DNA of 64,000 nt from Octopus vulgaris (Eukaryota): assembly GCA_951406725.2 (NCBI GenBank), contig OX597816.1:87172001-87236000 (forward strand), written 5' to 3'. The notes under the pieces are model-generated. The model ran no database searches and was not told the origin of the DNA. It worked only from the letters and a program-made list of their open reading frames with translations. The translations under genes and the position numbers were made by a program. Shown one piece after another: positions 41,223 through 55,825 of this stretch. Numbering within the stretch: the first letter of the stretch is position 1; every line of letters begins with the position of its first letter.

Positions 41223-41312
41223 TGGCTACAGAGTAGATCGCCCATACACTGTTTTTATTATTATCTCTGGCTACAGAGTAGATCGACTGTACACTGTTTT
41301 TATTATTATCTC
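41223..41312. repeat. 45-bp tandem duplication
   Basis: TGGCTACAGAGTAGATCG..TACACTGTTTTTATTATTATCTC occurs twice. Confidence 0.95.
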
Positions 41313-41499
41313 CAAATCCTTGTATAATCATTTCCTGTTTAATTCCTTATTTGCTACTACAAATTATCGCATTTATATCCCTAATCACAATTTCTGAATT
41401 GAAACTGCCATCAGCTACAAACCGACAGACCTAAACAAAATTTATTACTTGCTTCTTGCTAATATATTACCCAAACACACCATTTCATTTAACACGAAG

Positions 41500-41960
41500 G
41501 GTATACTTCGTTTTGAATTTTGAAGCTCAAAATAAAAGATTCCAAAAATGAAAACTACTACTTCTTAAAGAAACTATCCAACAAAATTGAAGTATAACAC
41601 AACAGAATGTTTGCAAAGGCATTCATGCATTATGAGGGACAAAATACAGGCCAAATATATCAAATACTCAAGAACACAACACAGAACTGAAAATATATGG
41701 ACGCACATTATTCATCAAAAACTTCTATCATTGAAAGAAGACCCTAGAATGAAACAGGACTCGAAATGCACAGAATACGCAAAGCCAGGAGACAACCAAA
41801 AATCTCGAACAAGAAATTACTTCCCGGAAGCCAATTAACTACTAAAATACAACGTCTATAGTAAAAAAAAATTGGTTACCCTAACTGCGGAATATGCGTC
41901 AACAATATAGAAGACTCATAAATTTAAATTATATAAATCCCTCGTCCCAAAAATATAGAA
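41500..41960 (+). mobile_element. Degraded Penelope-like fragment
   Basis: LKEDPRMK.., ARRQPK and GYPNCGICVNNIE resemble the PLE thumb-to-Zn linker. Confidence 0.4.
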
Positions 41961-42047
41961 TCGTATTACCTAATTGATACAGTGCCGACATGAGACATAA
42001 AGGTAGGTTTATAAGCCTTAAAAATCCATTCTAACTCTGCCTATGAG

Positions 42048-42182
42048 TATAGTGCAGTGGATAAATGCGCTGAACTACATTACAGTCACCTAGCAGTTCT
42101 GAGTTTAATCTCAGGCAAGGTATTAAGGTGAATCACAACACACCTGAAGAAGGCTGGAACGTACACAACCTAAACGTAGTGA
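42048..42182 (+). mobile_element. Old copy of the tRNA-head plus hammerhead SINE-like element
   Basis: TAGTGCAGTGGATAAATGCGC..CTGAGTTTAATCTC head followed by ACAC-CTGAAGA-AGGCTGG..CAACC-TAAACGTAGTG; similar to the 49.5 kb element. Confidence 0.55.
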
Positions 42183-42633
42183 AAGCATTCCCAATAATAC
42201 TTAATACGTAATCTCCTTTATTTTCTTGTATATCAAAAGAGAGTAAGCTGTTTTTCGCGGCTGTTTAAAGCTTCACATAGAAGAGTTTTTGATTTATAGC
42301 GTAACTACCTAGGTATTTCTAAGGGCTGAAGTTACCCTCTGTTATTACTCTGAGTTTTCGCCCCTATCGCTGTAGCACACAGTTCTTTACTTTAAATTTA
42401 CCACGAGTTTTCTACTACACATGCGTGCTGGTGCGTGCGTGAATGTGTGTGCGTCTGAGATGTATATACATATATATAAATGTGTGTATGTATGTATATA
42501 TCATATATGACCTACGTTGGACTCCTCATTCGCATAATCACCGAACTTGGAGCTTAGCTATAGTCTATCCATAGCACTTACTCAGCATTACCTAACACCT
42601 TTGGGTCTTATTGACACTATTATCTCTCATAAC

Positions 42634-42678
<45 letters not shown>

Positions 42679-42739
42679 AGCACGTATGTCTTTTACTTGT
42701 TTCAATCTCTCTTTGTCTCTTTCTCTGTGTGTGTGTCTA

Positions 42740-42774
<35 letters not shown>

Positions 42775-44281
42775 ATGTATGTATGTTTGCGTTTATGTTG
42801 TTGCTCAATAACTGCTATTCGCCCCTACTTGATCAGCTCTCGATAATAATTATCACAAATTTGCTTCAAAGAAAACCTCTTCAAATTTATCATAACTGAT
42901 TACGCCTCATTTTCCGTAAAGTTTTTTGCCGCTTATTTACTAACCCTTTTTTATTTTTTGTATCTGTTTTTTTATTGCTCTTATTGTTGTATTTTTCCTT
43001 ATTATTATGTTGTATTATCATCTTGTCATGACTTGTGTATTTTTGATCTTGTTACGTTGATGTTGTCGTTCTTGTTGTTACGCCACACCCTTCGTTATCT
43101 TTATTAGGTGAAGGTCGACAGTGTGAAAAAAAACTTGTGTCCCACTATCATTACAAGTTGATATCTACAACAATTAAATTTATAGCAGAGATTTCGTATC
43201 TCTATCCACATGGGCATTCTTTGTTACTTAACTATCCTAAATAAATATCTAAACAATATTTCTTGCACTCAGCCAACACGAACATAAAAACACGTAGACA
43301 CTGAAACAGCGACAGTATCAGTTGTCTGATTATCCCTAAACAGTGATTTTGGGGTGGACATCACCCAGGTGATCCACTGAAGTTGCCTCAAGGGGATTGC
43401 TTAACCTGTTCGAATTAACAATCAAATTTTCCTGTCATGAAATCCTTTAAAAATAATGAATATATTGGAAAGTGTTGAGATTTTCCAAGCTGGAATACTT
43501 TTAGTCATTGGTTTCCATGGTTAGGGTCGAATTTGGATCAGGGTTGGTGTCCGGCGTGTTGGAAGATCACCGGAAGTCAGGCACCCCTCAGCTTTTGCTA
43601 AAGCGTGTCTCTGGGAGAAAACCAGATAAGCAGGGCAGAGCATTGAAAATGCTTCCATTCCCTATTTTCTGAGCCTGCGACCCATAATGACACTGGATAT
43701 CTTACCCTGGTTTGTCTCCGGATCCTTTCAGTACGGTGGAGAAGGTCTGTAAGGCGCTGTACAAGCCTTATTGGACGTACAATTTCAGGTTGTGCAAATC
43801 GCCTGCAATGCAATTATCCGATGCCCTGTTGAGTAGGAGGGCGCCGTGCTAAGCATGAAAGCTGATGTCGCGAATCTGAATGAAACCAACAGCTGGCGCA
43901 ATAGCCTCATGCACCGACATTGCTGGCATTTTGCATGGGCAGCCATTTTGCATGGACAGCTATTATATGTGTGCGTGTGGGGGGTGTATGTGTGTGTATA
44001 ACAACACTGATGGGCTGAGGTTCAAGCGTGTATTTTATTGATAAATAAATCAATTACGTCATGTTAAAAAAAAATCTTTCCTTCACGTGAATTAAGAGTA
44101 ACATTTAACGTTTAGAATTTTCCACACAAATGGTGTATAATGTATATTGACCCTCTCATATCGGTGCTAGTTCAGTGAGGAAATAGGAAATGCTGTTTCG
44201 ATACTAATTATACATAGTAATAAATCAATCAGCACCTTTCATGGAAGGTTTCCTTGATGGAAGGTGTGTGTGAGTGTGTAC

Positions 44282-44282
<1 letters not shown>

Positions 44283-44364
<82 letters not shown>

Positions 44365-44365
44365 A
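44283..44365. repeat. (GAAA)n microsatellite
   Basis: Perfect tandem units. Confidence 0.98.
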
Positions 44366-44574
44366 GGAGTAGTTGATCCCACTACTTCACTGGTATTTTA
44401 GTTATCGAGCCTTTACAGAAAAAAAAGAAAGCTGATCGCAGCAGGATATAAAGTCAAAGTGCAGAAAGCAGGAACAAAAGACCTCAAAATACTCTCTCTG
44501 ACTCACTTACTAAAGATAAATACGATAAATGCTAGCTCACTACCTTTACTCATGGAAAGACTACTGTTTTCAAT

Positions 44575-45201
44575 TTTTGGCACAAGGCCAGTAATTTTGG
44601 GGAAGGATGCCAGTCGATTACATTGACCCCAGTGCTCAACTGGTACTTATTTTATCAAACCTGAAAAGGGTGAAAGGCGAAATTTGAACTCAGAGTTAAA
44701 GACAGACGAAATAAGCATTTTGCCCGACGTGCTAACTTTTCTGTCAGCACGCTGCCTTCATAGAAAAAATACTTTTTTCTACTCTAGGCACAAGGCCCGA
44801 AATTTTAGGGGAGGGGTCCAGTCGATCAGATCGACCCAGTACGGAACTGGTACTTAATTTAGCGACCCCGAATGGATGAAAGGCAAAGTCGACCTCGGCG
44901 GAATTTGAACTCAGAATGCAGCGGCGGACAAAATACCTTAAGCATTTCGCTCGGTGTACTAATGTTTCATATTTCTTTATTGCCCACAAGGGGCTAAACA
45001 CAGATGGGACAAACAAGGACAGATAAAGGGATTAAGTCGATTATATCGACTCCAGTGCGTAACTGGTACTTAATTTATCGACCCCGAAAGGATGAAAGGC
45101 AAAGTCGACCATAGCGGAATTTGAACTCAGAACGTAATGGCAGACGAACTACCGCTAAGCATTTCGCCCGGCGTGCTAACGTTTCTGCCAGCTCGCCGCC
45201 T
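44575..45201 (-). mobile_element. Cluster of three head-to-tail Deu/Nin-domain SINEs
   Basis: Copies at about 44575-44758, 44771-44968 and 44972-45201. TCATAGAAAAAA flanks the last two (about 44758 and 45204). Confidence 0.88.
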
Positions 45202-45884
45202 GATCATAGAAAAAAATATTGGCAAACAAAAGTATCGCCCTTAAAAGAATACGAACCAACATTTTTACAACCTGGCACGGTATCGATTCAAAGAACAATA
45301 TTTGTCATTTGGTACATGAGGACCTAGCAGATAAAGACATTAAGGGATTGTTATGTTGAGACAAGATGTAGCAATGTGAATTAAGAAATGGAATATGTTA
45401 ACGTAAAAGCATTGCGATTAGCTTCTGTTGTAACAAAGTATCAAGACTTAGATATGGGCTCGGATTTGCAAGGATTTGTTTTGGCATACCATTCCGTTGC
45501 TGTATTAACAGATCACGTGTCATTTTATAAATTCATCACGTCATTGGCTCAGCTGCGTATTGTGAATTCGGATGACGGTAGCTTCTTCTGTACTTATCTG
45601 TGCGTATAGATGCGAGTGAGTTCTTGCTTCTATGTGTGTGTGTGTGGGGGGAGGTTCGTGTGGGCGTGTGTGTATGCATGTGTGTGAGTGTACGTTGCGT
45701 ATGTACTATAGTTTATATGCATACACATATGTCAGTATATATACTTATAATTATCATGAGATTTGAATTGTGCAGTAACATGTGGTTGTGTTTGACTGAA
45801 CCTTTTTGATAAAAACAATAATTCCGATGTTTATATGCAGCGTGTATATATATGTGTGTGTGTGTGTATGTATGTATGTGTATA

Positions 45885-45967
<83 letters not shown>

Positions 45968-46016
45968 ATATTTATACATATATATATATGTGTATATATG
46001 TATATATATATATGTA

Positions 46017-46074
<58 letters not shown>

Positions 46075-46410
46075 TTGGCTAGTCTTTCTTTCGCTTTATT
46101 CTCTCTCTCTCTATCTATTTGTGTCTACACGTAAAATTGTATGGATGTATAAATACATACGCACGCACACACACACACATGCACAAGCATACACACGCAT
46201 ACGCACACATACGCACTCATGTACACACACCACACACATGTGTGTGTGTTTGTATGGGCATGAATGATTGTAGCTGTAGTAAGTATACATAAATATGCTT
46301 GCACACGAACATATCTACTTGTTTTCCTCGTTTACTCCAAAAGATCTATACATTAATCAATCCACACACACGCATACAGATACATACATACATATATATA
46401 TAGACACATA

Positions 46411-46468
<58 letters not shown>

Positions 46469-46584
46469 CATATACATATATACATGTGTAGGTATATACA
46501 CGTAGCAATATATATACATATGCATATACATATATATATCATATACATATGCAGACACGCAGACAGATTGACAGACAGACAGGC

Positions 46585-46685
<101 letters not shown>

Positions 46686-47527
46686 TGCAGTGATCTCGCG
46701 CGTTGCGGAAACGTGTTCTTGAAAATTTTGCTATAGATAGCAATAGAGTTCCGTCAGTCGAAATTCTTTTTCCATTGATTTTCTCGTTACATAGAAGTCA
46801 ATGATCATGGAAATAGTGGGTGTAGAATACGCTTCGCATTACAAAATTCCATATTTCAACAAGAGATAAGATGACGAAAGTTACCATCACAGATAAACTC
46901 CATTTATTGATGACGCAGCTGTCTCCTCCACAAAAGTCATACGAAGCCTTATGAACAGATCCTCGCGAGTGTGCGACCATTTAGTGTTTAGTATAAGCAG
47001 TGAAAGCTAAGACGAAATAATTGCTATTCCGTCGTGACTTCGCCCTCGACACACGCTCAGTTTGTTAACAACAGCCTGTGCATCGGTATTTATTTGGGGC
47101 GGGCTTGGCCTCCAAATCTGTGAAACCCGCAAATGCCGCTGTTAGGACCGGATTAACACCCATAGTGACCCTAGCAACTAAAGAGATTTTCCTGCCCCTA
47201 TATAGGATCTTTTTTTTTTTTTCGATTTCTTCCAACCACTTGAAGGTTTATCTTGCTCCAGTCCATTCAGCTGGCTAAAATGAGTTGCAACTGTAATTCG
47301 AAAGGGCCAACCTTTTCACATTCTGTGTGGCTGAATCTCCTTCAGAATTATGTTAATGGTATGCATGTCTGTGGAGTACAGTACTCAGCCACTTGCGCGT
47401 TAATTTTATCCTCGTGTAGTAATGAAAAATGAAAGTGACATCTAATATTTGCTGTAGTTATTTGTCTTTGATTTAACAATGTGTCTATGTATCTATGTAT
47501 CTATGTATCTATGTATTTCTTTTTTTC

Positions 47528-47880
47528 TATGTATCTACTTTTCTTTCGATCTATGTATCAGTCTACTGTGAAAATACTGATAAACATTTAAAAACACAAA
47601 ATGAATGCCACCTTCCTTTCAGTCACCACTCACTGTCACTCTCACTTCCTCTCTCTCCCTCTCCCTCTCTCTCTCTCTCTTTCTCTCTCTTTCTTTCTGT
47701 CTCACTTCCTCCCGCTTTTAATTGAATAATGTATGAATTTGTCTATGTATGTATCTATCTACTTTTCTTTCGATGTATGCATGTCTACTCTGAAAACACT
47801 GATAAACAGTTAAAAACAAAAAAAGGAACACCACCTTCCTTCCAGTCACCACTCACTGTCTTTCTCACATTCTCTCTCTC
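47528..47880. repeat. Diverged tandem duplication (about 130-bp core, about 225-bp period)
   Basis: TATCTACTTTTCTTTCGAT..TGAAAA.ACTGATAAACA.TTAAAAACA..CCACCTTCCTT.CAGTCACCACTCACTGTC occurs twice. Confidence 0.85.
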
Positions 47881-48450
47881 ACTTTCTCTCTCACCTCCTC
47901 TCTGTCCCTACTCTCTCCTGCTTTGCCACTCCTTTTATTTCTCAACACCTCTTATTTCTCTTTTTTTTTAACCTTTTTACCTCTTCCTTTGAAATTTTAT
48001 GACAGACACCACAGGTACGTACGTAAAAAGACAAAAGTTAGCATATTGATATTATTGATGTGCGTGTTTAAGTATGAGTGTGCACTGCATAAAAATATAT
48101 AAGCCCGACATGAGAATAACCAGCATCAACTTTGACACCGCAGAGGTAGCAGTAATAATAAGATTTCATGATGACAGCATGTATCGCAGAGATTGAGAAG
48201 CGGAAGGCAAAAACTATCCGAATATTTGGATGAACAAATCTAACAAAATCAACTCAAGTCATCTTATAAAATATCGATATGCAAGATCCACACAAGATCT
48301 TTAGATGCCAAATCTGCTGTCAAAACCGTATGTCAAAGATTTCACTGCACAGACTTTTCACACAGTACTCTTTTTCTACCCGTTCCGCGACTGGGTCTCT
48401 GTATAATCTGAAAGACTAACGGTTGACACCAATTTTTTTCTCCCTCCTAA

Positions 48451-48531
<81 letters not shown>

Positions 48532-48573
48532 GATTCTTACTTCCCCTACCTCTCAAGCTCTTTCATGCTCTGT

Positions 48574-48652
<79 letters not shown>

Positions 48653-48689
48653 TGTACGTGTTTGTATGTGAGCGCGCGCGTAATGAATG

Positions 48690-49000
48690 AGCTAAAATAC
48701 AAAAACACTAGAGAGACAAGTTTTTCACAAAAGTCTATTAGTTTCACTTTTGAAAACAAAAACAAAGGAGCTTTGACGTTTCGGACATAGAATACTTTAT
48801 CAGAAAAAGGAAAAAAGGAAAATGAGAAAAGTGGTGGAAAAAAGAGAGAAAAGTTAGGAGGTAGATGGCACTCATGTTCTATAGAGACGAGTTAAGAAGA
48901 GAGAAAGAGGCGAGGGCTGTATCCATGTAAATGAGAGTATCTGTTGAAGGAGAAGGGCATTGGTGGGTGAACGGCGCGAGGCACAGGGGCTTCGTCGGAT
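48690..49000 (-). mobile_element. Decayed Penelope-like 3' end with hammerhead remnant
   Basis: Minus strand TTTT-CTGATAA-agtattctatgtcc-GAAACGTC-AAAG at about 48772-48808, preceded by a C/T-rich tract like other PLE fragments. Confidence 0.45.
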
Positions 49001-49401
49001 TTGTGTGGTGTGGGACGTAAATGGATTAAATGTGAAGAGTTGTGGGAGCAGAAAACTGGGGGAACAGTGAAGAAATCAGTGTAGTAGGTGAGACACGAAG
49101 CAGGTAGAAGTAGGGGGAAAGTGAAAAAATAGATAAAGGTGGAAAATAATAAGTGGAAAATTAAATAGGTAAATATCCAGAAAAGGAAGCAGTTCGTAAA
49201 AGAGTGTGTAAAAGGACAAAGAAGAGAAGATGCTTAAGAAATATACATGAACCATGTGATTATTGGAAAGAGTTACCAAACGGAGAGATACTCATCAAAA
49301 AAATTATAAATAAAAGAATGCAACTGAAAAGTATATAAAAAAGACAAGTCCAAGTACAAAGAAAAGGGTTGTAAAGTCAATAACATGGTATAGAAAGGAT
49401 A

Positions 49402-49559
49402 ATTATTTACATTATTTACATTCAACGGATATTTGACCTCATCTTGTTTGTTGTTAACGCAACGTTTCGGCTGATCTACCCTCCAGGCTTCTTCAGGTGT
49501 CTTGGGGAAATTTCGAACCTGGGTTCCCATTCCTGAGGTATTTTTCGATGTTGTTGTTG

Positions 49560-49624
<65 letters not shown>

Positions 49625-49790
49625 TAGGTCACTGCCAGGAATCAAACTCGTAATCTTGGGGTTAAGAGCGCGGGCTACTAACCCCAAGATTCCGAGTTTG
49701 ATTCCAAGCAGTGACCTGAACAATAATAATAATAATAATAATGTAAATAATGTACATAATTCCTCATCTCTTAAATATAGAACTGTAGGA
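49402..49790. mobile_element. Inverted pair of tRNA-headed elements; the minus-strand copy carries a hammerhead
   Basis: 42-bp inverted arms at 49623-49664 and 49679-49720, extended by (TTA)n/(AAT)n. tRNA-like GGTTAAGAGCGCGGGCTACTAACCCCAAG..GAGTTTGATTCC. Both copies end in AATGTAAATAATGTA. Confidence 0.75.
49457..49500 (-). ncRNA. Minimal type I hammerhead ribozyme
   Basis: ACAC-CTGAAGA-a-GCCTGG..TCAGCC-GAAACGTT-GCGT: intact core with one mismatch each in stems I and II. Confidence 0.72.
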
Positions 49791-50080
49791 AGGATAATGT
49801 TAAGAGACAGAAATGATTGGGAAAGGCAGAAAGTTATGGAAATCCTTTAGAGATAGTAAAATTTTCAAAAACCAAAGGTAATCAAATGTTGCAAGAGATA
49901 CAGGGATGGTTTAACGGTCAGTTCAAGGCGTAAAAAAAAAATGCGTAGTGGAGGTTTTGTGAAGAGGGAGAGAGATAGTAACAGTGATAGGAGATTATAG
50001 CGGAGCAAAAGAGGGAAGCCAAGAGAGATAATAGGTTGTTTGTTACGGTGTGTGCGTTAAACGTGTGTACTTTCATAATA

Positions 50081-50119
<39 letters not shown>

Positions 50120-50685
50120 TGTGTATAGATATGGAAGATCAGTACACAAGCAAGCAATGAGTGGCAGATGGAAGGGGCTGAATGTTGGTGTGAGTGCGAT
50201 CCATCAATCTGTCTATCTATCTACCTATTTATCTATATTCATCTTTCTGTCTCTGTCTATCTAATTACCTGACAATCTAGCTAGCTAGCTATTTATCTAG
50301 ATCCCTAAACTAGAAACCAATAAATAAACATTACCCTAGCCTATATTAGCATCTCAATGAAGGACAATCACGCAATATGAAAGAACGGTATAAGTAGGTG
50401 TGCACGTGCGCCTATGTCTCCGTATGATTGTGTTCCTGCGTGTGTACACATGCGCATGTGTGTGTGAGTGTGTCAGCGTGTATGTGGAAGCATTTGTCTT
50501 CATGTATGCATATTTACATGCATACATATGTATGCATGTGCATACACACTTATACAAATACACTTACGTCTATACGTGACACACGCATAATATATATATA
50601 TGCAGAGAGATAGAAATGCGGGCTAAAACATGCACACGAATACACGTTTACATATGTACAGCCATACAAACATCCATACACACGC

Positions 50686-50739
<54 letters not shown>

Positions 50740-51008
50740 TCTCACATATGTGTGTGTATGCGTGTTTATATAAAAAAAATGACAGAGAAGCAGAGAGGGA
50801 GAGCCATACAGATGGGACTTGTAGATTATTTATGAGATTCCAATATGGTTTAAACAACGAGAAGATAGATCCTCTGGCTAATTTTTCCTTGAAAATATTA
50901 ATATTTTCAAAATAGTATCATTTAGAAATGAAATACACGAGTTCCTCACTGGGCGTATATACATACATGTGACTGTGTGTGTGTGTGTGTGTGTAATCTA
51001 TGTATGTG

Positions 51009-51079
<71 letters not shown>

Positions 51080-51080
51080 G

Positions 51081-51124
<44 letters not shown>

Positions 51125-51533
51125 TATATATCTATATATATATATGCATGCTTATTTCCCCATACGTGTATATGAATCTATACGCACACATAAACACACA
51201 TACACTCGCGCATATATATGTATAAATGTATAGGGAGAAGGAGAGAGAGGGAGAGAGATCGATATAAATACAGATGTATATATATATACATACACACACG
51301 CGTGTGTGTGCACGCGTGTGTGTGCACGCATGTGCGATATGTGCGCGTGTGTGTGTGTGTGTGTGTGTAAGTATATATATGCATGTATTAATATGACTGC
51401 AGATATATGTATGCACACATACATATGTGCGTGTATTGATGTGTGTGCATCTGTACGTATATATATATATGTGTATGTGTGTGTGTGTGTGTGTGTGTGC
51501 TAGTGTGTGTGTGTGTGTATGTTCTACATATTT

Positions 51534-51589
<56 letters not shown>

Positions 51590-51915
51590 ACATAAAGGAT
51601 GGCATAATATATTTCTACTTCGAAATTTCAGAGCCAGCATTCTTAGACATATTTTGCCTAAAGCAATTATATCTATCACACAAAACACACACAAAAAAAA
51701 ACATCTTTACATGATCATATACATTCATCACCATGAAACATTAAAATACAGGTCCACATACTCATGAACATACACCTGCGCGCGCATACCTTCATTTACG
51801 CTGACACAGAGAAAATCATATATATCGAGATACATTTTTAAGAGAGTGTGTTGCACATCTACCATTTAAAATCCTGTTGATTTGCATGTATGCATACATA
51901 CATACATATACATAT

Positions 51916-51954
<39 letters not shown>

Positions 51955-51986
51955 TATATACATACATATATATATATATATACATA

Positions 51987-52024
<38 letters not shown>

Positions 52025-52269
52025 CATACATATACATATATATGTATACATATATATAAATACATACATACTTGCATGTATATATAAATATATATAAATA
52101 CGCATATGTATATGCATACATACATATACACCTACGCACATATATACATATATACAGTTATACATATATATTTGTCGGTTCATTGGATATTTCAGTTGCA
52201 AGACAGAAAACAGTTGTCTGCATGTGTATATAGGTATGAATAATGTGTATGAATATACATGTATGCATG

Positions 52270-52322
<53 letters not shown>

Positions 52323-52719
52323 ATGTTACGTAGTAAACATATGAATATGAATGGGTTTCTGTCTTCTACTCTTCACCTCTCTTTCCCTTTCGCCTCTCTC
52401 TGCATATATATTTATGTGTGTGTGTGTGTTCATAGAAATATTAATATGTACATGCATAGGTACACACATTCATACGTATTTTATGTTTTATATATAAGTA
52501 TATGTACACAAATATGTGTGAGTGTGTGAATGTGTATGTGAGTGTGTGTGTATGTGTGTGTGTGAAGTCGAGAAAGGAAAAGAGTGGTCCTATAGTAAGA
52601 TATATTTCAATCTCGGTTAAAAAGAGACATTTTCAAGACAACACCCACAATATATTTGCTATTGTTGATTAGATTCAAAGCAATATATACCAGAACAATA
52701 TATACATATATATATATAT

Positions 52720-52816
<97 letters not shown>

Positions 52817-52855
52817 CATATATATATACATATATATATACATATATATACATAC

Positions 52856-52888
<33 letters not shown>

Positions 52889-53023
52889 AAACCATACACT
52901 CATATACAGAGAGATGAGATATATACACATATACGTATATACATATATCTGTTAGCTCTATATAGGAACTTTTTTTAGTACTGCCGGATTACTTGAATCC
53001 ATATATTGTAAGTTAGGTATGTA

Positions 53024-53054
<31 letters not shown>

Positions 53055-53296
53055 GCAAACATGTTTATGTGTTTATATCTATGTGTGTGTGTACGTTATT
53101 ATTGTATATATTTTTGTGATTAGAAACGATCCATCATATATATATATATATATATGTTTCGTATGTTTCATGCTTTTATGATATATAAATATATATATAT
53201 ATATGTATCTATATGTACATGTGTATATGTGCACGCGCGCTTCGATGTGTGTTGACCTTTCCGAAATATATAAAGGGAGGCATATAAACGCACATG

Positions 53297-53334
<38 letters not shown>

Positions 53335-53759
53335 TAAATGCATATATATGCTAGATATTTATGCATTAACACGTGTGCATGCATAATCACATATCAGTCT
53401 ATCAGTTTATCTATCTGTGTGTATGTGTGTGCGTATGTGTTTGTGTCTGTGTATGTGTGTAACTGCGCGTGCATACGTATGTATCGGTAATGAATATGTA
53501 TACATGCAAATATATTAACATATTTCGAGTGAACATTTATTATTCATACAAGTCCTCCTACATATGCATTCATATATAACTTTGCATGTATTAATGTATG
53601 AATCCATACGGATGCACGCATGCGTGTATGTGTGCATATAAGAATGCATGTACGTATGTTATTGTATGCAACCGTGTACGCATGCTCAATAATCTTGTGC
53701 ACAATCACACATCTCAAGACACACATAGATATATTTGCATACTCACACATACATCATAT

Positions 53760-53790
<31 letters not shown>

Positions 53791-54083
53791 TACATACATA
53801 TATATTTATATGTATATACATATATATACATATATACATATATATATACATGCATATGTATATATTTGTATGTGTGTATATATATATATATATATTCAGT
53901 CACGGTGATGCATATTTACGCATAAATATTCATTGGTACATATGGAACCATACGTGATTGATATGCGTGTGTTACATGCAAAATTATGCATACGCCTCGG
54001 TATATACGTGTGTGTGTTTGTGTGTGTTTGATTGTCGGTGTCCTTATACAGCCGAGTGTATTTTCTCGCTTACACACACACAC

Positions 54084-54116
<33 letters not shown>

Positions 54117-54394
54117 CACACATACACACAAATATCTATGTCCACGCGCGTGTGTATGCACGTACATTCACATACAAGCACACACTCGCGCACAAACGTA
54201 CGCACATGCATACACATCGGTATACATGTTTGTGCGTAAATACTTCCAAATATATGTATGTAAATTTACCTTTTGCTAATATGCTCATACCACTGTGTGT
54301 ATATATATATATATATATATATACGTATGTTTGAATGTACATACATATGTATGTATGATTGTATATACATTCATACATATCTGTTCACATATAG

Positions 54395-54430
<36 letters not shown>

Positions 54431-54435
54431 TCACT

Positions 54436-54497
<62 letters not shown>

Positions 54498-55279
54498 TAT
54501 ATATATATAAATATATATATATACATGAATATATATATATGCGAACATGCAAACAGACACATACATGCATACATAAATACGTACTTACATATAAACACGA
54601 GTACATATATACATTCATACATACATACATACATACATACATACATACAAGATAACAGTTTTATTGGGGTTCTTTCCATTCTACATTGATAAATTTGCAA
54701 TAATATATTTATTTTATTCTTTTTATTTACTATTTTTTTCATGATTTCTTTTCGAAACTAGATTTTTGTTATCTCTTATTTTGTTTGATATTATTTTCTA
54801 TACCAATAGTTTAACCATGCCAACTTATTGATCAATAACTGACAATCTGTAATGTCAGCCAGCTTAGTTGACAGGTGGATTAATATCTGATATGTGCAGT
54901 AAAAACACCAATTATATAAAGTTGATAACCATGTTGGACTAAAATTTAAATAAAGTGATATACATGAAGAAAAATATACATTAATGTTGTATATATCTCT
55001 CTTCCAAATTTAAGATCTTGTGCCCATGTTAGAAATCAATAACTTGTCAAACATTTCCTTTATATAAACAGAATTTGTAAGTTTGGAAGGAAGTCGTAGT
55101 TTTGTGGGGATTGAAACAATCAGTTTAGTCAACCTGTTACACTGTATGTTTGCTTTATGGAGAAATGAAGAAACGAAAAGGAAGTTCAATAGCAGTCGGA
55201 TTTGAACGCAAAATGAAAGGTACAAACTATATTTCCTAGTTATCCACGTTTCTATGCCTATGAATATATGTCCTTAGTC

Positions 55280-55400
55280 CCTGAAAGGATGAAAGTTTAA
55301 GTCGACCGAGCCGAAATTTGTACTCAGAACATGAAGACGGACGAAATTTCGTTAAGCATTTTGTTCGGTGTGCTAACGATTCTGCCAGATCGGTGCCTTA
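55280..55400 (-). mobile_element. Partial Deu/Nin-domain SINE
   Basis: CCCTGAAAGGATGAAAG..GTCGACC..TGCTAACGATTCTGCCAG..GCCTT. Confidence 0.8.
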
Positions 55401-55437
55401 CTGGTTTATATCATTACTAGTAGGTCATTGTTGAAGT

Positions 55438-55825
55438 TGGGAAGCACTCCGTCGGTTACGACGATGAGGGTTCCGGTTGATCCGAATCAACGGAACAGCC
55501 TGCTTGTGAAATTAACGTGTAAGTTGCTGAGCACTCCACAGACACGTGCACCCTTAACGCAGTTCTCGGGGGATATTCAGCGTGACACAGAGAGTGACAA
55601 GGCCGGCCCCTTGAAATACAGGTACAACAGAAACAGGAAGTAAGAGTGAGAGAAAGTTGTGGTGAAAGAGTACAGCAGGGATCACCACCATCCCCTGCCG
55701 GAGCCTCGTGGAGCTTTTAGGTGTTTTCGCTCAATAAACACTCACAACGCCCGGTCTGGGAATCGAAACCGCGATCCTATGACCGCGAGTCCGCTGCCCT
55801 AACCACTGGGCCATTGCGCCTCCAC
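55438..55825 (-). mobile_element. Young tRNA-derived SINE (OR-type head) with perfect 13-bp TSD
   Basis: Same head as 18810-19125 with a different tail; TSD TCATTGTTGAAGT at 55425-55437 and 55826-55838. Confidence 0.92.

Noticed and set aside
44575-45201. CRISPR-like repeat-spacer array
   Set aside because: The units are about 200-bp SINE copies in eukaryotic DNA.
50350-54750. Dense stack of ORFs rich in YI/CV/HT
   Set aside because: These are translations of TA/CA/TACA microsatellites, not genes. The same applies at 17, 20, 28, 32.2, 46 and 58 kb.
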